A stretch of DNA of 64,000 nt from Phycisphaerae bacterium (lineage in GTDB: Bacteria; Planctomycetota; Phycisphaerae; UBA1845; Fen-1342), in the NCBI GenBank assembly GCA_050115495.1, contig JASFQK010000004.1, forward strand, positions 32,001-96,000. Direction: 5' to 3'. Each line of letters starts with the position of its first letter. Positions within the stretch are counted from its first letter, which is position 1. The position numbers were made by a program, and so were the translations under genes. Positions 20,545 through 30,298 of the stretch are shown piece by piece. The notes under the pieces are model-generated. The model saw only the letters and a program-made list of their open reading frames with translations. It had not been told where the DNA came from and searched no databases.

Positions 20545-21663
20545 CTACGCCGATCGCTTCATCGCCGCCCGCTTGCTCTCCAGGTCGGCCAGCAGGGCGT
20601 CGAAGGAAGCGTTGAACGCCTTGACGCCGTCCTCGAGCAGGACGGCGGTGATCCAGTCCATGTCCACCTTGAGGCCGGCGAACTCGTCCATCACCGCCTG
20701 GGCGCGGGCCAGGTCGCGCTCGATGGTCTGAGCGGCCACGCCGTGGTCGCGCAGGGCGTCGAGCGTCTGCGGCGGGAGCGTGTTCACCGTGTACATGCCG
20801 ATCAGCGGATCGACGTACTTGGTGTCCGGGTAGGCGGGGTCCTTGGTGCTCGTGCTGGCCCACAGCGGGCGCTGCGGCCGGGCACCCTTGGAGCGCAGCT
20901 CCTCGAAGACGCCCGTCGTGAACACCGACTTGAACCGCGAATAGGCCAGCTTGGCGTTTGCGACCGCGGCCAGACCGAGCAGCGGCTCGAGGTGCTTCTC
21001 GCCGTGCTCCATGCGGTGCAGCAGCACCTTGTCGGTCAGCGTGTCCACGCGGCTGATGAAGAACGAGGCGACGGAGGACACGAGCCCCAGCGGCTTGCCG
21101 CACTTCTCGTAGAGCCGCAGCCCGTCGAGGTAGGCCCGCATGACGCGGTCGTACATGCTCAGGGCGAAGATGAGCGTGACGTTGACGTTGATCCCCTCGC
21201 CGATCAGCGTGGTGACTGCCGGCAGGCCGGCGTCGGTGGCCGGCACCTTGATCATGACGTTCGGGCGTTCGATGGTCCGGAAGAGCCGGCGGGCCTGCTC
21301 TATCGTTCCGTCGGTGTCGTCGGCGAGCTTGGGGCTCACCTCGATGCTGACGTAGCCGTCGCGGCCGTGCGTTTCATTGTAGACGGACCGGAGCACGTCC
21401 GCGGCGTCGCGAATGTCCCGCAGGACGAGCGTCTCGTAGATCTCCTCGGTTGAGCGGCCCTCGAGGGCCAGCCGGCGGATCTCGGCGTCGTAATCACTGC
21501 TACCGGTGATCGCCTTGTGAAAGATGGACGGGTTCGACGTCACCCCCGAGATGCCCTGCTCGACCAGGGCTTGCAGCCGACCGGAGTCGATCAGCTCGCG
21601 GCTGATGTAGTCCAGCCAGATGGCCTGGCCAAGGGCGGTCAGTTGCTTGATGCGATTCGTCAT
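20545..21663 (-). CDS. tal: Transaldolase (large type)
   Basis: WLDYISR, GVTSNPSIF, VSIEVSP, NVMIKVPAT, ASFFISR, LWASTSTK. Confidence 0.96.
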   Translation of the reverse strand: MTNRIKQLTALGQAIWLDYISRELIDSGRLQALVEQGISGVTSNPSIFHKAITGSSDYDAEIRRLALEGRSTEEIYETLVLRDIRDAADVLRSVYNETHGRDGYVSIEVSPKLADDTDGTIEQARRLFRTIERPNVMIKVPATDAGLPAVTTLIGEGINVNVTLIFALSMYDRVMRAYLDGLRLYEKCGKPLGLVSSVASFFISRVDTLTDKVLLHRMEHGEKHLEPLLGLAAVANAKLAYSRFKSVFTTGVFEELRSKGARPQRPLWASTSTKDPAYPDTKYVDPLIGMYTVNTLPPQTLDALRDHGVAAQTIERDLARAQAVMDEFAGLKVDMDWITAVLLEDGVKAFNASFDALLADLESKRAAMKRSA

Positions 21664-21824
21664 GAGTGGGCGTTCCTGAGAAAACGACTACGTACTTCCC
21701 ACGACGCGGTGGGCGGGAAAAATAACCCGTCGCCCCGTCTGTTGCCAGCGAACCGCCGGGCCCGGCGGGGGTCGCGAACAGTCCAGGCAGTCTACGCGAC
21801 CGGCCCGCCGAACGCCACTCCGCG

Positions 21825-22334
21825 CTACGGCGAGCGGCCGGGGTCCAGGTCCGCGGCGAGGTCCTCCGCCTCCCGGCGCGAGAGGTGGGCGATGATGCGA
21901 ATCTCGCCGCTATTATCCGGACCCCAAATGCGCGCGGCACAGAGGAAACGGTCGCCGGCGAAGATGGCCAGGTAGCGGCCGGCGTACTGCTGCGTGAGCC
22001 GCGTCAGGTGCTCCGCGCCGATGGCGTTCAGCCGGACCTGCACGATGCTCCGCTTGTCGCTGTGCAGCGCGAGGGCGCTGGCCACGTCGGCCTGATCGAG
22101 CTCAACAATCGGAGAAACGTAGACCGTTTGTCCGAGACGGTCGGTCATCCTCGGCCAGTCGGGCTGCTCTGCCTCGCTGGCTAGGTACACGCGCAGGGCG
22201 GCCGGTTTGCGGTTGGCTTCGCGCTGGGGGACGACGGCGTTGTCCCGCACGCAGCCTGCTGCTGCCAGCCCCAAACAGGCGGCGAGCAGGCCGAACAGCC
22301 GGAGTCGTCGGCGATGCTCAATCGTTCTGCTCAT
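21825..22334 (-). CDS. Lipoprotein with SecDF P1-head-like domain
   Basis: AAGC lipobox; GAEHLTRLTQQYAGRYLAIF resembles the SecD P1 head subdomain. Confidence 0.55.
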   Translation of the reverse strand: MSRTIEHRRRLRLFGLLAACLGLAAAGCVRDNAVVPQREANRKPAALRVYLASEAEQPDWPRMTDRLGQTVYVSPIVELDQADVASALALHSDKRSIVQVRLNAIGAEHLTRLTQQYAGRYLAIFAGDRFLCAARIWGPDNSGEIRIIAHLSRREAEDLAADLDPGRSP

Positions 22335-23607
22335 GATGGCCTCGGTCGACGAGCAGCGTGGCCAGACGGGCCAGCGCCGCTTCACGAGTGGTCAGCACTT
22401 CGCCCAACTGCTCGGTGTACAAGGTTTCGAGCAGGTCGCCGTAAATCGGTCCTGGCGGAATGCCGCGCGCCGTGAGATCGTCGCCGGTGACGAGCGGGGC
22501 CGGGCTAATCGCCTCCGAAGGGATAGCGGCGATGCGTGTCGCGAGGGCGGCCTGTCGCTGCGGGCCGTCCGGCAGGTCGCCATAGCGGGCCTCGGCGAAC
22601 TGCCGCAATGCCGGAAACGCCGGATCGGCCAACAGCCGCTTGAAGTCGGCGAGCGTCGGGGCGTCGGCGTCGTCCAGGTTTGCGTGGTGCTGAACCAGCC
22701 AGGCGATGGTGTCGCGTTGCCGGTTCGCCAGGGCCAGCAGGGGGCCGAGGTCGCGGACTTCGCGGTGGTCGCGGTCGGCCAGCAGGACGGCCAGGGCGAG
22801 CTCGAAGCCGGCGTCGGCGGGCAGGCGTTCGAGCAGCGTCTGGGCACGGTCCAGATGCTCTTCGTGCCACGTGGCCCCGGCCCATAGGTATGGCAGCAAC
22901 CCCGTCTCACGCAGCAGCCGCAGCGCCCGCGCTCGTCGCCGGTTACCGAGGGCCTTCTCCAGCTCTTCGCGGATTCGTTCGGCGGCGACGGCGGTCAGTC
23001 GGTCGGCGTGCTCGCGAATCGCTGCCAGCGTGGCCGGCTCGATCGTGAAGTCCAGCCGAGCGGCGAAGCGCACCGCCCGCAGGAGCCGAAGCTGGTCCTC
23101 GTCAAAGCGAGCCACGGGATCGCCGATGGCGCGAATCAGCCCGGCCTGAAGGTCGGCCCGGCCGCCGACGTGGTCGATCACCTGCCGGCTGAGCGGGTCG
23201 AGGAACATGCCATTGACGGTGAAGTCTCGGCGGCGGGCGTCCTCGCGCGCGTTCGTGAACTCGACGTGCGCGGGGTGGCGGCCGTCGAGGTAGGGGCCAT
23301 CGGTGCGGAACGTGGCGACCTCGATCCATCGGCGGCGCTGGCGGACGAGCACCACGCCGAACTGGGCACCCACAAGGCGCGTCGGGCGGAAGAGGGCCTG
23401 AACGCGTTTCGGCGGGGCGTCGGTGGCCACGTCGTAGTCGTTCGGTTCATCGCCGCGCAGCAGGTCGCGCACGCAGCCGCCGGCCAGCAGGGCGACATGG
23501 CCGGCGTCGACCAGCCGCCGCACGATGGCGACGGCGGGCTGGGCCGCGGTGGGCAGTTCGGTGGTCAGCGGAAACGAATCGGACATATCGAGCATGATAC
23601 CGCGCAT
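22318..23607 (-). CDS. cca: CCA tRNA nucleotidyltransferase / poly(A) polymerase family
   Basis: GGCVRD, DYDVAT, EVATFR, RRDFTVN, EDQLRLLRAVRF, ERIREEL. Start uncertain. Confidence 0.9.
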   Translation of the reverse strand: MRGIMLDMSDSFPLTTELPTAAQPAVAIVRRLVDAGHVALLAGGCVRDLLRGDEPNDYDVATDAPPKRVQALFRPTRLVGAQFGVVLVRQRRRWIEVATFRTDGPYLDGRHPAHVEFTNAREDARRRDFTVNGMFLDPLSRQVIDHVGGRADLQAGLIRAIGDPVARFDEDQLRLLRAVRFAARLDFTIEPATLAAIREHADRLTAVAAERIREELEKALGNRRRARALRLLRETGLLPYLWAGATWHEEHLDRAQTLLERLPADAGFELALAVLLADRDHREVRDLGPLLALANRQRDTIAWLVQHHANLDDADAPTLADFKRLLADPAFPALRQFAEARYGDLPDGPQRQAALATRIAAIPSEAISPAPLVTGDDLTARGIPPGPIYGDLLETLYTEQLGEVLTTREAALARLATLLVDRGHHEQND

Positions 23608-23791
23608 GCACTTCGGCGACGGCAGGTTGCGGGCGGTCCCTCCACTTGCTGGGCGGGTTTGGCCCGCCGATTGTCCGCTGCGCGACGGTTGTCTCAGCGC
23701 TGGACTGGCGCCGGCTCCGCGAAAAACGACGCGGCGGGCTGAGCCCGCCCTACCTCAGCTTCGGCTGCTCAGCGTTGTTCCGTGGAGACCC

Positions 23792-23824
23792 ATAAGAAAC
23801 GGCCGGGCCGCGTGGCCCGGCCGT
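23792..23824 (-). terminator. Intrinsic terminator after rpsG
   Basis: Minus strand ACGGCCGGGCC-ACGC-GGCCCGGCCGT followed by TTCTTAT. Confidence 0.75.
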
Positions 23825-23845
23825 GGAATTCTGACGGCGAGGGGC

Positions 23846-24328
23846 TTAGCGGCCCCAGGCGAAGTGGGCGAAGGCCTTGTTGGCGTCGGCCATGCGGTGC
23901 ACTTCCTCGCGCTTCTTCATGGCTTCGCCTTCGTTGTTGTAGGCGGCGAGCAGTTCAGCCGCGAGATGCTCGGCCATGGGGCGGCCGGTCTTCTTGCGGG
24001 TGACCGCCAGGAGCCAGCGGATGGCCAGCGACTGACGCCGCTTGGGGTTCACCTGCATGGGGACCTGGTAGTTGGCACCGCCGACGCGCTTGGAGCGCAC
24101 CTCGATGTTCGGCTTGAGGTTTTCGAGGGCTCGCTCGAACACCTCGATGGGCGGGACGTCCTTGATCTTCTTGGCAATGCTGTCCATGGCATCGTAGAAG
24201 ATGCGATGGGCCACGGACTTCTTGCCGTCCCACATCATCGAGTTGATGAACTTGGTGGCCAGCTTGCTGCCGTAGCGCGGGTCACCGATCTGCTGCTTCG
24301 CCGAAGCCGTGAAACTCTTGTACGCCAT
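23846..24328 (-). CDS. rpsG: 30S ribosomal protein S7
   Basis: [32 protein letters not shown]. Confidence 0.98.
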   Translation of the reverse strand: MAYKSFTASAKQQIGDPRYGSKLATKFINSMMWDGKKSVAHRIFYDAMDSIAKKIKDVPPIEVFERALENLKPNIEVRSKRVGGANYQVPMQVNPKRRQSLAIRWLLAVTRKKTGRPMAEHLAAELLAAYNNEGEAMKKREEVHRMADANKAFAHFAWGR

Positions 24329-24375
24329 TGCTCACCCGAATAGTCCGGACGCGCCTCGCGACCACACGAACCGTG

Positions 24376-24768
24376 TTATTTCTTCTTGCGCTTGACGCCG
24401 TACTTGCTGCGGCCGCGGTTGCGGAGCTTGCCTTCCTTGTCGTTACCGACACTGGCGCAGTCCAGCTTGCCGCGAACGATGTGATAGCGCACGCCCGGGA
24501 GATCCCGTACACGCCCGCCGCGAATGAGCACAATCGAGTGCTCCTGGAGGTTGTGGTCCACGCCGGGGATATAGGCGGTGACCTCACGCCCGTTGGTCAG
24601 CCGCACACGGGCCACCTTGCGGAGGGCCGAGTTGGGCTTCTTGGGCGTCTGGGTCTTGACCTGGAGGCAGACGCCGCGCCGCTGGGGGCAACGTTCCAGG
24701 TCGCGGACCTTCGACTTCTTCGGCGCGGTCCGGCGTGGATGACGGACAAGCTGATTCACGGTGGGCAT
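24376..24768 (-). CDS. rpsL: 30S ribosomal protein S12
   Basis: [34 protein letters not shown]. Confidence 0.99.
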   Translation of the reverse strand: MPTVNQLVRHPRRTAPKKSKVRDLERCPQRRGVCLQVKTQTPKKPNSALRKVARVRLTNGREVTAYIPGVDHNLQEHSIVLIRGGRVRDLPGVRYHIVRGKLDCASVGNDKEGKLRNRGRSKYGVKRKKK

Positions 24769-24864
24769 AGCGTACGCCTACTCCTGAGAACCTTTCGTTC
24801 CCTGATGGCCATGACGAGCCGACGAGCCCCCCAGTATACCGAAAGCCACCCCGGTGCCAAGCCC

Positions 24865-25284
24865 CTACGCAGGTAAAAGCGAGGCGGGCTCGCCCGGCAG
24901 CTCGAGCCACGCCCCGCCGAACTGCCGCGGCACGTGCAACGCCGGCGGCGGACTGGCGAGTTGGTCGACCCAGATCAGGACGGCGTAGCGGCAGTGCCGA
25001 CGGGCCCGCCAATACGCCGGTGGGGCACAGATCGCCTGATTGTATTGACGTTGAAGAGCATGGACGCGCTGCGGGGTGAGGCAGTCGAAGTGGCGGACGT
25101 GCTTGACGTGAGCGGTTCCGATAACACTCCCGCCGCTCAGCTTGAAGTGGACCGCGTCGCCCACGTCGATCCGCCCGAAGGGCAGGCGCCGGCTGCGGGA
25201 CAGGCGCGATTCGATCCGCTTCCGGCCGCTGAGGAGCTGGCCGGCGGCGATGGCGTCGATGATGGCCACGTGCTGTCGAGTCAC
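24865..25284 (-). CDS. ASCH/PUA-like domain protein
   Basis: LSGRKRIESR (GxKxxExR) and GD.V.F motifs. Confidence 0.75.
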   Translation of the reverse strand: MTRQHVAIIDAIAAGQLLSGRKRIESRLSRSRRLPFGRIDVGDAVHFKLSGGSVIGTAHVKHVRHFDCLTPQRVHALQRQYNQAICAPPAYWRARRHCRYAVLIWVDQLASPPPALHVPRQFGGAWLELPGEPASLLPA

Positions 25285-25382
25285 GGAAGTGCTGTTCTCG
25301 TCACGGGTTGCGCGCGTTCGCCCAGCCTATCGGCTCGCAGCGGACCGGGGATTCGCCCGGGAATGTGGTGGCGGATCGGTCG

Positions 25383-25778
25383 TTACTTCGATGGGGCGCT
25401 GGGGTGGTCGAGGTGCGCGGTGATCGCCGCACGGGCCTTCGGCACGTCCGGACACGTGACGATCAGCCGGTCGATACGGGTGACGCGCAAGACCTGGGCG
25501 ACGGAGGGCCGCGGGGCGGCCAGGCAGAGCATGCCGCCCAGCTCGCGGCAGTGGCGGTGAATCTCGATGAACGCGCCGAGCCCCTCGGAGTTGATGAAGG
25601 TCAGCCCGGACAGGTCGAGGACCAGCCGGGACGCCGACTCCGAGACTTCCTGGAGTTTACGGATCAGTTCAGAGGCGAGTTCGGCGCCGGCGGAACCGCT
25701 CACGGCGGCGATGCGTACGCCCGTCTCGTCGCGGACACGGACGTCGATGCTGTCGGGAGCAGGCGTGGGGTCGCTCAC
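25383..25778 (-). CDS. STAS domain anti-sigma factor antagonist
   Basis: LDLSGLTFINSEGLG, VLRVTRID. Confidence 0.9.
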   Translation of the reverse strand: MSDPTPAPDSIDVRVRDETGVRIAAVSGSAGAELASELIRKLQEVSESASRLVLDLSGLTFINSEGLGAFIEIHRHCRELGGMLCLAAPRPSVAQVLRVTRIDRLIVTCPDVPKARAAITAHLDHPSAPSK

Positions 25779-26221
25779 GGGGCGGCTCCCGTGCGCTCCT
25801 TCAACAGCCAGACCTCGTTGCCGGCCTTGTTGAAGCGCACCTTGGTCATGTAGGACTGCATCAGCATGATGCCGCGGCCGTTGGGGCGTTCGAGGTTCTC
25901 CTCGGCGGTCGGATCGGGCACCAGGTCCGGGCAGAAACCGGAGCCCTCATCGCGGATGGCGACGACGGCACGCTGCGGATCGATGCTGTAGCGGATCGTG
26001 ATGTGCTTGCGGCCGTCGTTGCAGTTGCCGTGTTTGACGGCGTTAGTGAGGGCTTCCTCCAGGGCGAGCTTGATGCCGAAGATGGTGTCCTCGTCATAGC
26101 CGCATTGGAGCAGTCTGGTGAGAATCTGCCGCTCGGGGACTTTGGCGGCGTGCAGATCATTGGGGACGACGACCTTGACCAGGGCCGACTCGTCCACGCC
26201 GAAGTCCGGAGGGGCTTTCAT
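25775..26221 (-). CDS. RsbW/SpoIIAB-like anti-sigma Ser kinase (HATPase)
   Basis: EEALTNAVKHGN, DEGSGF, GRGIMLM. Confidence 0.92.
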   Translation of the reverse strand: MKAPPDFGVDESALVKVVVPNDLHAAKVPERQILTRLLQCGYDEDTIFGIKLALEEALTNAVKHGNCNDGRKHITIRYSIDPQRAVVAIRDEGSGFCPDLVPDPTAEENLERPNGRGIMLMQSYMTKVRFNKAGNEVWLLKERTGAAP

Positions 26222-26264
26222 GGGCGTACCATGCGCCGTTGCATTCGGCTGCCGAGGCTCGCGG

Positions 26265-26630
26265 CTAGGCCCGGCCGAAGCCGGACAGAGCCTGCTCGGC
26301 GGAATCGTGAATCTCGAAGACGCGGTTGAGCTTGGTGATCTTGAAGACTTCGAAGATCTGCCGGTTGATGTCGGACAGCTTCAGCGCTCCGTGCTGCTCC
26401 TGGACGCGGCGGTTGAGCGTGATGAGCATGCCCAGGGCGGCACTGGAGAGGTGGTCGACGTTCCGGAAGTTCAGCAGGAGCTTGATTCCCGGTTCGGCCT
26501 CGACCAGACCGGCCAGCTCATCGCCGATCTCCTGGATCGATAACTCTTCCAGGATCTTGCGGTCGGCGAACTCGACGATGGCGATGCCGTCGGTACGCTT
26601 GATTTTCAGGTGGGACGAGGGCTGTTCCAT
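26265..26630 (-). CDS. STAS domain anti-sigma factor antagonist
   Basis: Real start MEQPSSHLK; NFRNVDHLSSAALG, VFKITKLN. Confidence 0.9.
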   Translation of the reverse strand: MEQPSSHLKIKRTDGIAIVEFADRKILEELSIQEIGDELAGLVEAEPGIKLLLNFRNVDHLSSAALGMLITLNRRVQEQHGALKLSDINRQIFEVFKITKLNRVFEIHDSAEQALSGFGRA

Positions 26631-26718
26631 GGGCCACGCTACCTCCAGGCCAGTCGGGCCAAGCGCACCGCCGCCGGCCTTCAAACGGATCATTCGTCCT
26701 GTACCGCCTGCGCGAGGG

Positions 26719-26747
26719 ATTCTCTTCGCGCTAACAGGCAGTGTCAA
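26719..26747 (-). promoter_or_regulatory. sigma70-type promoter of the STAS/RsbW operon
   Basis: Minus strand TTGACA-17 nt-GAGAAT. Confidence 0.55.
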
Positions 26748-26951
26748 CCTCCGGTTCTCGCGAGGGAGACCTCTGGGCGCTATCGGCATCTTTCGGGGCC
26801 GACCCTTTGGCGCCGGGGTGGGAAACGGGTTAACATGCTTACCTCGCCAGATCCCGCCGCACAGGCGGGCAGCGAGCGCGGCCCGGTGACGGGCCGGGTC
26901 GGCGGCCCGGGCGCTGGTCGCCGTCGGTTCCGCACACAAGGAGTTGCCTTC

Positions 26952-27566
26952 TTGGCCCAATCCGCCGTACAGCGGTTCTACCGCTTTCATGCTCACGTGT
27001 ATGACAGCACCCGCTGGATGATCCTGCACGGACGAAAGCGGGCCGTGGAGCGGCTGGAGCTGCGCCCCAACAGCGAAGTTCTCGAAGTGGGTTGCGGCAC
27101 CGGTTTGAACTTCCGGCACGTGCTGTCCCGGCTCGATCCGGCGGCGGGACGGCTGACCGGGCTCGACTTCTCCGCGGACATGCTGGCCCAGGCCGCCAAG
27201 CGTCTCCAGGCGCGCGGCTGGAGCAACGTTGACCTCGTGCAGGCCGATGCTTCCGCGATGGATCTCGGCCGGCAGTTCGACGCCATTCTGTTCGCCTACA
27301 GCCTGACCATGATTCCTGACTGGGCCGCGTCGCTGGCCCGGGCGCGGGAGCACCTGCGGCCCGGCGGGCGGCTGGTTGTGCTCGATTTCGGCCGGTTCCA
27401 GAGGTGGGGGCCGGCGGGGGCGCTGATGCGCGGCTGGCTGCGCATGAACCACGTGGAGACGCTCCGCCCGTACGAATCCGGGATGCGCGAGCTGTTCCCC
27501 GACATGGAAGTGGGCTACTGGCTCGGGGGATACAACTTCACCGCCGTTGGACGGAGAAGCGCATGA
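26952..27566 (+). CDS. btaB: Class I SAM methyltransferase, BtaB-like
   Basis: TTG start after AAGGAG; YDSTRWMILHGR, LEVGCGTGLN, YSLTMIPDW, VLDF; ATGA-coupled to the btaA-like gene. Confidence 0.7.
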   Translation: MAQSAVQRFYRFHAHVYDSTRWMILHGRKRAVERLELRPNSEVLEVGCGTGLNFRHVLSRLDPAAGRLTGLDFSADMLAQAAKRLQARGWSNVDLVQADASAMDLGRQFDAILFAYSLTMIPDWAASLARAREHLRPGGRLVVLDFGRFQRWGPAGALMRGWLRMNHVETLRPYESGMRELFPDMEVGYWLGGYNFTAVGRRSA

Positions 27567-28777
27567 CCGTGGCTCCCGTGCTGGACATGCCCCTGCCGAC
27601 CAAGCGCAATCTGCTGGAGCGCATGGTCTTCCGCGGCATCGTCTTCAATATGTCGTGGGAAGACCCAGAGATGGACCGCCAGGCGTTCAAGCTGACGTCT
27701 GAGGACACGGTCATCTCGATCAGCTCCGCCGGCTGCAACCCGCTGAACTTCCTCTGCCAGAGCCCGAAGAAGCTGATCTCCATCGACGGCAACCCGGCGC
27801 AGAACGCGATCCTCGAGCTGAAGCTCGCGGCGCTGAAGACGCTCGACTACGAGACGTTCTTCGACATCTTCGCGGCCCGGCGGCCGAACGTGATCACCCG
27901 CGTGTACCGGGGGCGCCTGCGGCCGCTGCTGTCGCAGACCTCCCGCGATTTCTGGGACAAGCGGTTGTGGATGATCGCCCGCGACCTGTACCAGTTCGGC
28001 GGCATGGGCCTGTTCTGCCGGATCCTGCGCCGCTTCCTGACGATGCTCGGCATCAAGCGCCAGCACGTCGAGCGGTTCTTCGAGCTGCGCTCGCTGGAAG
28101 AGCAGACGGCCTGGTACTACAAGTTTGCGGCGCCCAAGCTGTGGGGGCCGTGGTCGCGGCGCTTCGTCCAGTTCCGCCCCTTCATGTACCTGGCCGGCGT
28201 GCACCCGAACCAGTTCCGCCTGGTCGACGGGCGGCACGACATGTACGAATACGTCAAGGAGCGCGTCGAGTACGTCCTGACGCGCGTGCCGGTCTACGAC
28301 AACTACTTCCTCAGCCAGGCCGTCACCGGTCGCTTCCGTGGCTCGCGCGTGCCGCCCTACCTGCTCGAAGAGAACTTCGACACCCTGCGGCGGAACCTCG
28401 ACCGCGTGCAGATCGTCAACGGCTGGCTGGGTCCCTATCTCGATACGTTGCCGGCGGGCTCGATCACCCGCTTCAATCTGCTCGACATCTTCGACTGGAT
28501 GTCGCCGGAGGTCTTCGAAGCCACGTTGAAGAGCGTCCTGCGGGCGGCGGCCCCCGGGGCGATCATGATCTACCGGTCGGGCAGCTATCGGCTGGACCCC
28601 CCGCCCTCGATTCTGCCTCACGTGGAGCAGCACACGGAACTGGCCCGCCGCCTGCTGGCCATCGACCGCTCCGCGACCTACGGCAGCTTCTACATTCTCT
28701 CGGTCAAGGACAACGGCAACGGCAACGGTAACGGCCGGGTGGGGGGCCTGAACCCGGGTCGGGCCACTGTCGATTGA
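27563..28777 (+). CDS. btaA: BtaA / DUF3419 SAM:diacylglycerol 3-amino-3-carboxypropyl transferase-like
   Basis: WEDPEMD, ISSAGCN, DGNPAQ..LELKLAA, NYF, LLDIFDWM, DRSATYGSF. Confidence 0.8.
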   Translation: MTVAPVLDMPLPTKRNLLERMVFRGIVFNMSWEDPEMDRQAFKLTSEDTVISISSAGCNPLNFLCQSPKKLISIDGNPAQNAILELKLAALKTLDYETFFDIFAARRPNVITRVYRGRLRPLLSQTSRDFWDKRLWMIARDLYQFGGMGLFCRILRRFLTMLGIKRQHVERFFELRSLEEQTAWYYKFAAPKLWGPWSRRFVQFRPFMYLAGVHPNQFRLVDGRHDMYEYVKERVEYVLTRVPVYDNYFLSQAVTGRFRGSRVPPYLLEENFDTLRRNLDRVQIVNGWLGPYLDTLPAGSITRFNLLDIFDWMSPEVFEATLKSVLRAAAPGAIMIYRSGSYRLDPPPSILPHVEQHTELARRLLAIDRSATYGSFYILSVKDNGNGNGNGRVGGLNPGRATVD

Positions 28778-28904
28778 TTTCGCCGGCGGCTGACCCTATC
28801 GTACGAAAGACCCCGTGCGGAGCCGGCGGGGCCGGGCGTCCGGGTCGCTCGGACCGGGCCCGTAGGTCGTCCGAAACGCCTCGTGGCGCGGCGCGGAAGC
28901 AGTC

Positions 28905-29738
28905 ATGCAAGAGCCCATTTTCGCTGTTATCAGCGATATTCATTCCAATCTAGAGGCCCTGCAAGCCGTTCTGAACGACATCGAGCGCCGCGGTGTCCGT
29001 GAGATCGTCTGCCTGGGGGATATCGTCGGCTACGGCCCGAACCCCAAGGAGTGCCTCGATCTCGTGCGGCAGCGCTGCCGCATCGCCCTCATGGGTAACC
29101 ACGATCACGCCGTCCTGTTCGAGCCGTGCAATTTCAACCTGCCGGCGGAGCGGGCGTGCTACTGGACGCGGCAGTTGTTCGAGCAGGAGGCTGATCACAA
29201 GCTGCGCAACGAGCGCTGGGCGTTTCTCGGTGCGCTGCCCGTCCGCCAGCAGTCGGCGGACATCCTCTTCGTGCACGCCTCGCCCCGCCGCCCGATCAAC
29301 GAGTACATCTTCCCCGAGGACGTCTTCACCAACCCGCAGAAGGTGATGGCGAACTTCGAGCGGCTCGACCGCCGGTTGTGCTTCGTCGGCCACACGCACC
29401 AGCCGGGCGTGTTCCTCGACGATCCGTATTTCGACCCGCCGAACGAGCTAGCCGACGCCCCGTTCTTCGAGGTCGAGGACGAGCGGGCGATCATCAACGT
29501 GGGCAGCGTGGGCCAGCCGCGCGACCGCGATCCCCGGGCCAGCTACGCCCTGGTGACCCGACGGCCGGATGCCCTCGGCGACTCAGCGGAGAGCCTGGTG
29601 GCGGCGGCGCTCAGTTGCAGCATCGAGCAGGTCGAGTTCGTGCGGCTCGAGTATGACCTTGAGACGACCGTGCAGAAGATCCTCGCCGAGCCGGCCCTTG
29701 ACGACCTGCTAGGCACCCGCCTCTACGAAGGCCGCTAA
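28905..29738 (+). CDS. Calcineurin-like metallophosphoesterase
   Basis: SDIHSN, LGDIVGYG, GNHD, VHASP, GHTH, NVGSVGQPRD. Confidence 0.92.
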   Translation: MQEPIFAVISDIHSNLEALQAVLNDIERRGVREIVCLGDIVGYGPNPKECLDLVRQRCRIALMGNHDHAVLFEPCNFNLPAERACYWTRQLFEQEADHKLRNERWAFLGALPVRQQSADILFVHASPRRPINEYIFPEDVFTNPQKVMANFERLDRRLCFVGHTHQPGVFLDDPYFDPPNELADAPFFEVEDERAIINVGSVGQPRDRDPRASYALVTRRPDALGDSAESLVAAALSCSIEQVEFVRLEYDLETTVQKILAEPALDDLLGTRLYEGR

Positions 29739-29842
29739 TCACACGCACCATCCGGACTCCGCGTGTAGCGTTCGGGCTCTGCGCCGGACGTTTGGTGGTG
29801 TCGGCCTTGCGTGGCCGCCGTCGAACGCGGAGGAACGTTCCA

Positions 29843-29975
29843 GTGTGCCACTGCTCTTGAGCAGTGCGCCTCGCCGGGCGTGGGAGTGGACGTTTCTCGA
29901 CCATCTGACGACACGCGTGGCTGGACGGACGCCGGTTGCGCTATCTGGCCGCACTGCTCAAGAGCAGTGGCACAC
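29843..29975. repeat. Inverted pair of REP-like palindromes
   Basis: GTGTGCCACTGCTCTTGAGCAGTGCG (29843-29868) and its exact reverse complement (29950-29975); related unit at 44368-44396. Confidence 0.8.
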
Positions 29976-30298
29976 CGGGAGCGTAACGGCAGACGGGTGA
30001 AGGATTTACGAACGGTGGTGGCATCCGCGGTTGGACGCGCGCGCCAGGCCGCGCAATATGTTTAATAGGCCGCAACGTGCAATAAGTGCAGTAAGACTTC
30101 GTGAAAATAAGAAAACGACATCTCACTGGTGTCTGCCGCCCGTCGTCCCCTCTTCGTTGGACGAACGCCTGTTGGATGTCCCCCAAGAAAGGGATCGCGG
30201 CCGGCGACGTGCGTCAGTGTGCCTGCCCTCGTGGGCAGCGCATGACAGCTCCATCGACGGCCGCGATCGTCATGAACCGGTTGTGTGGCCTATTCCGG

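Noticed and set aside
30040..30150. AT-rich intergenic stretch as an ncRNA or terminator
   Set aside because: Only a weak stem before the T-run on the minus strand, and no recognisable RNA family.
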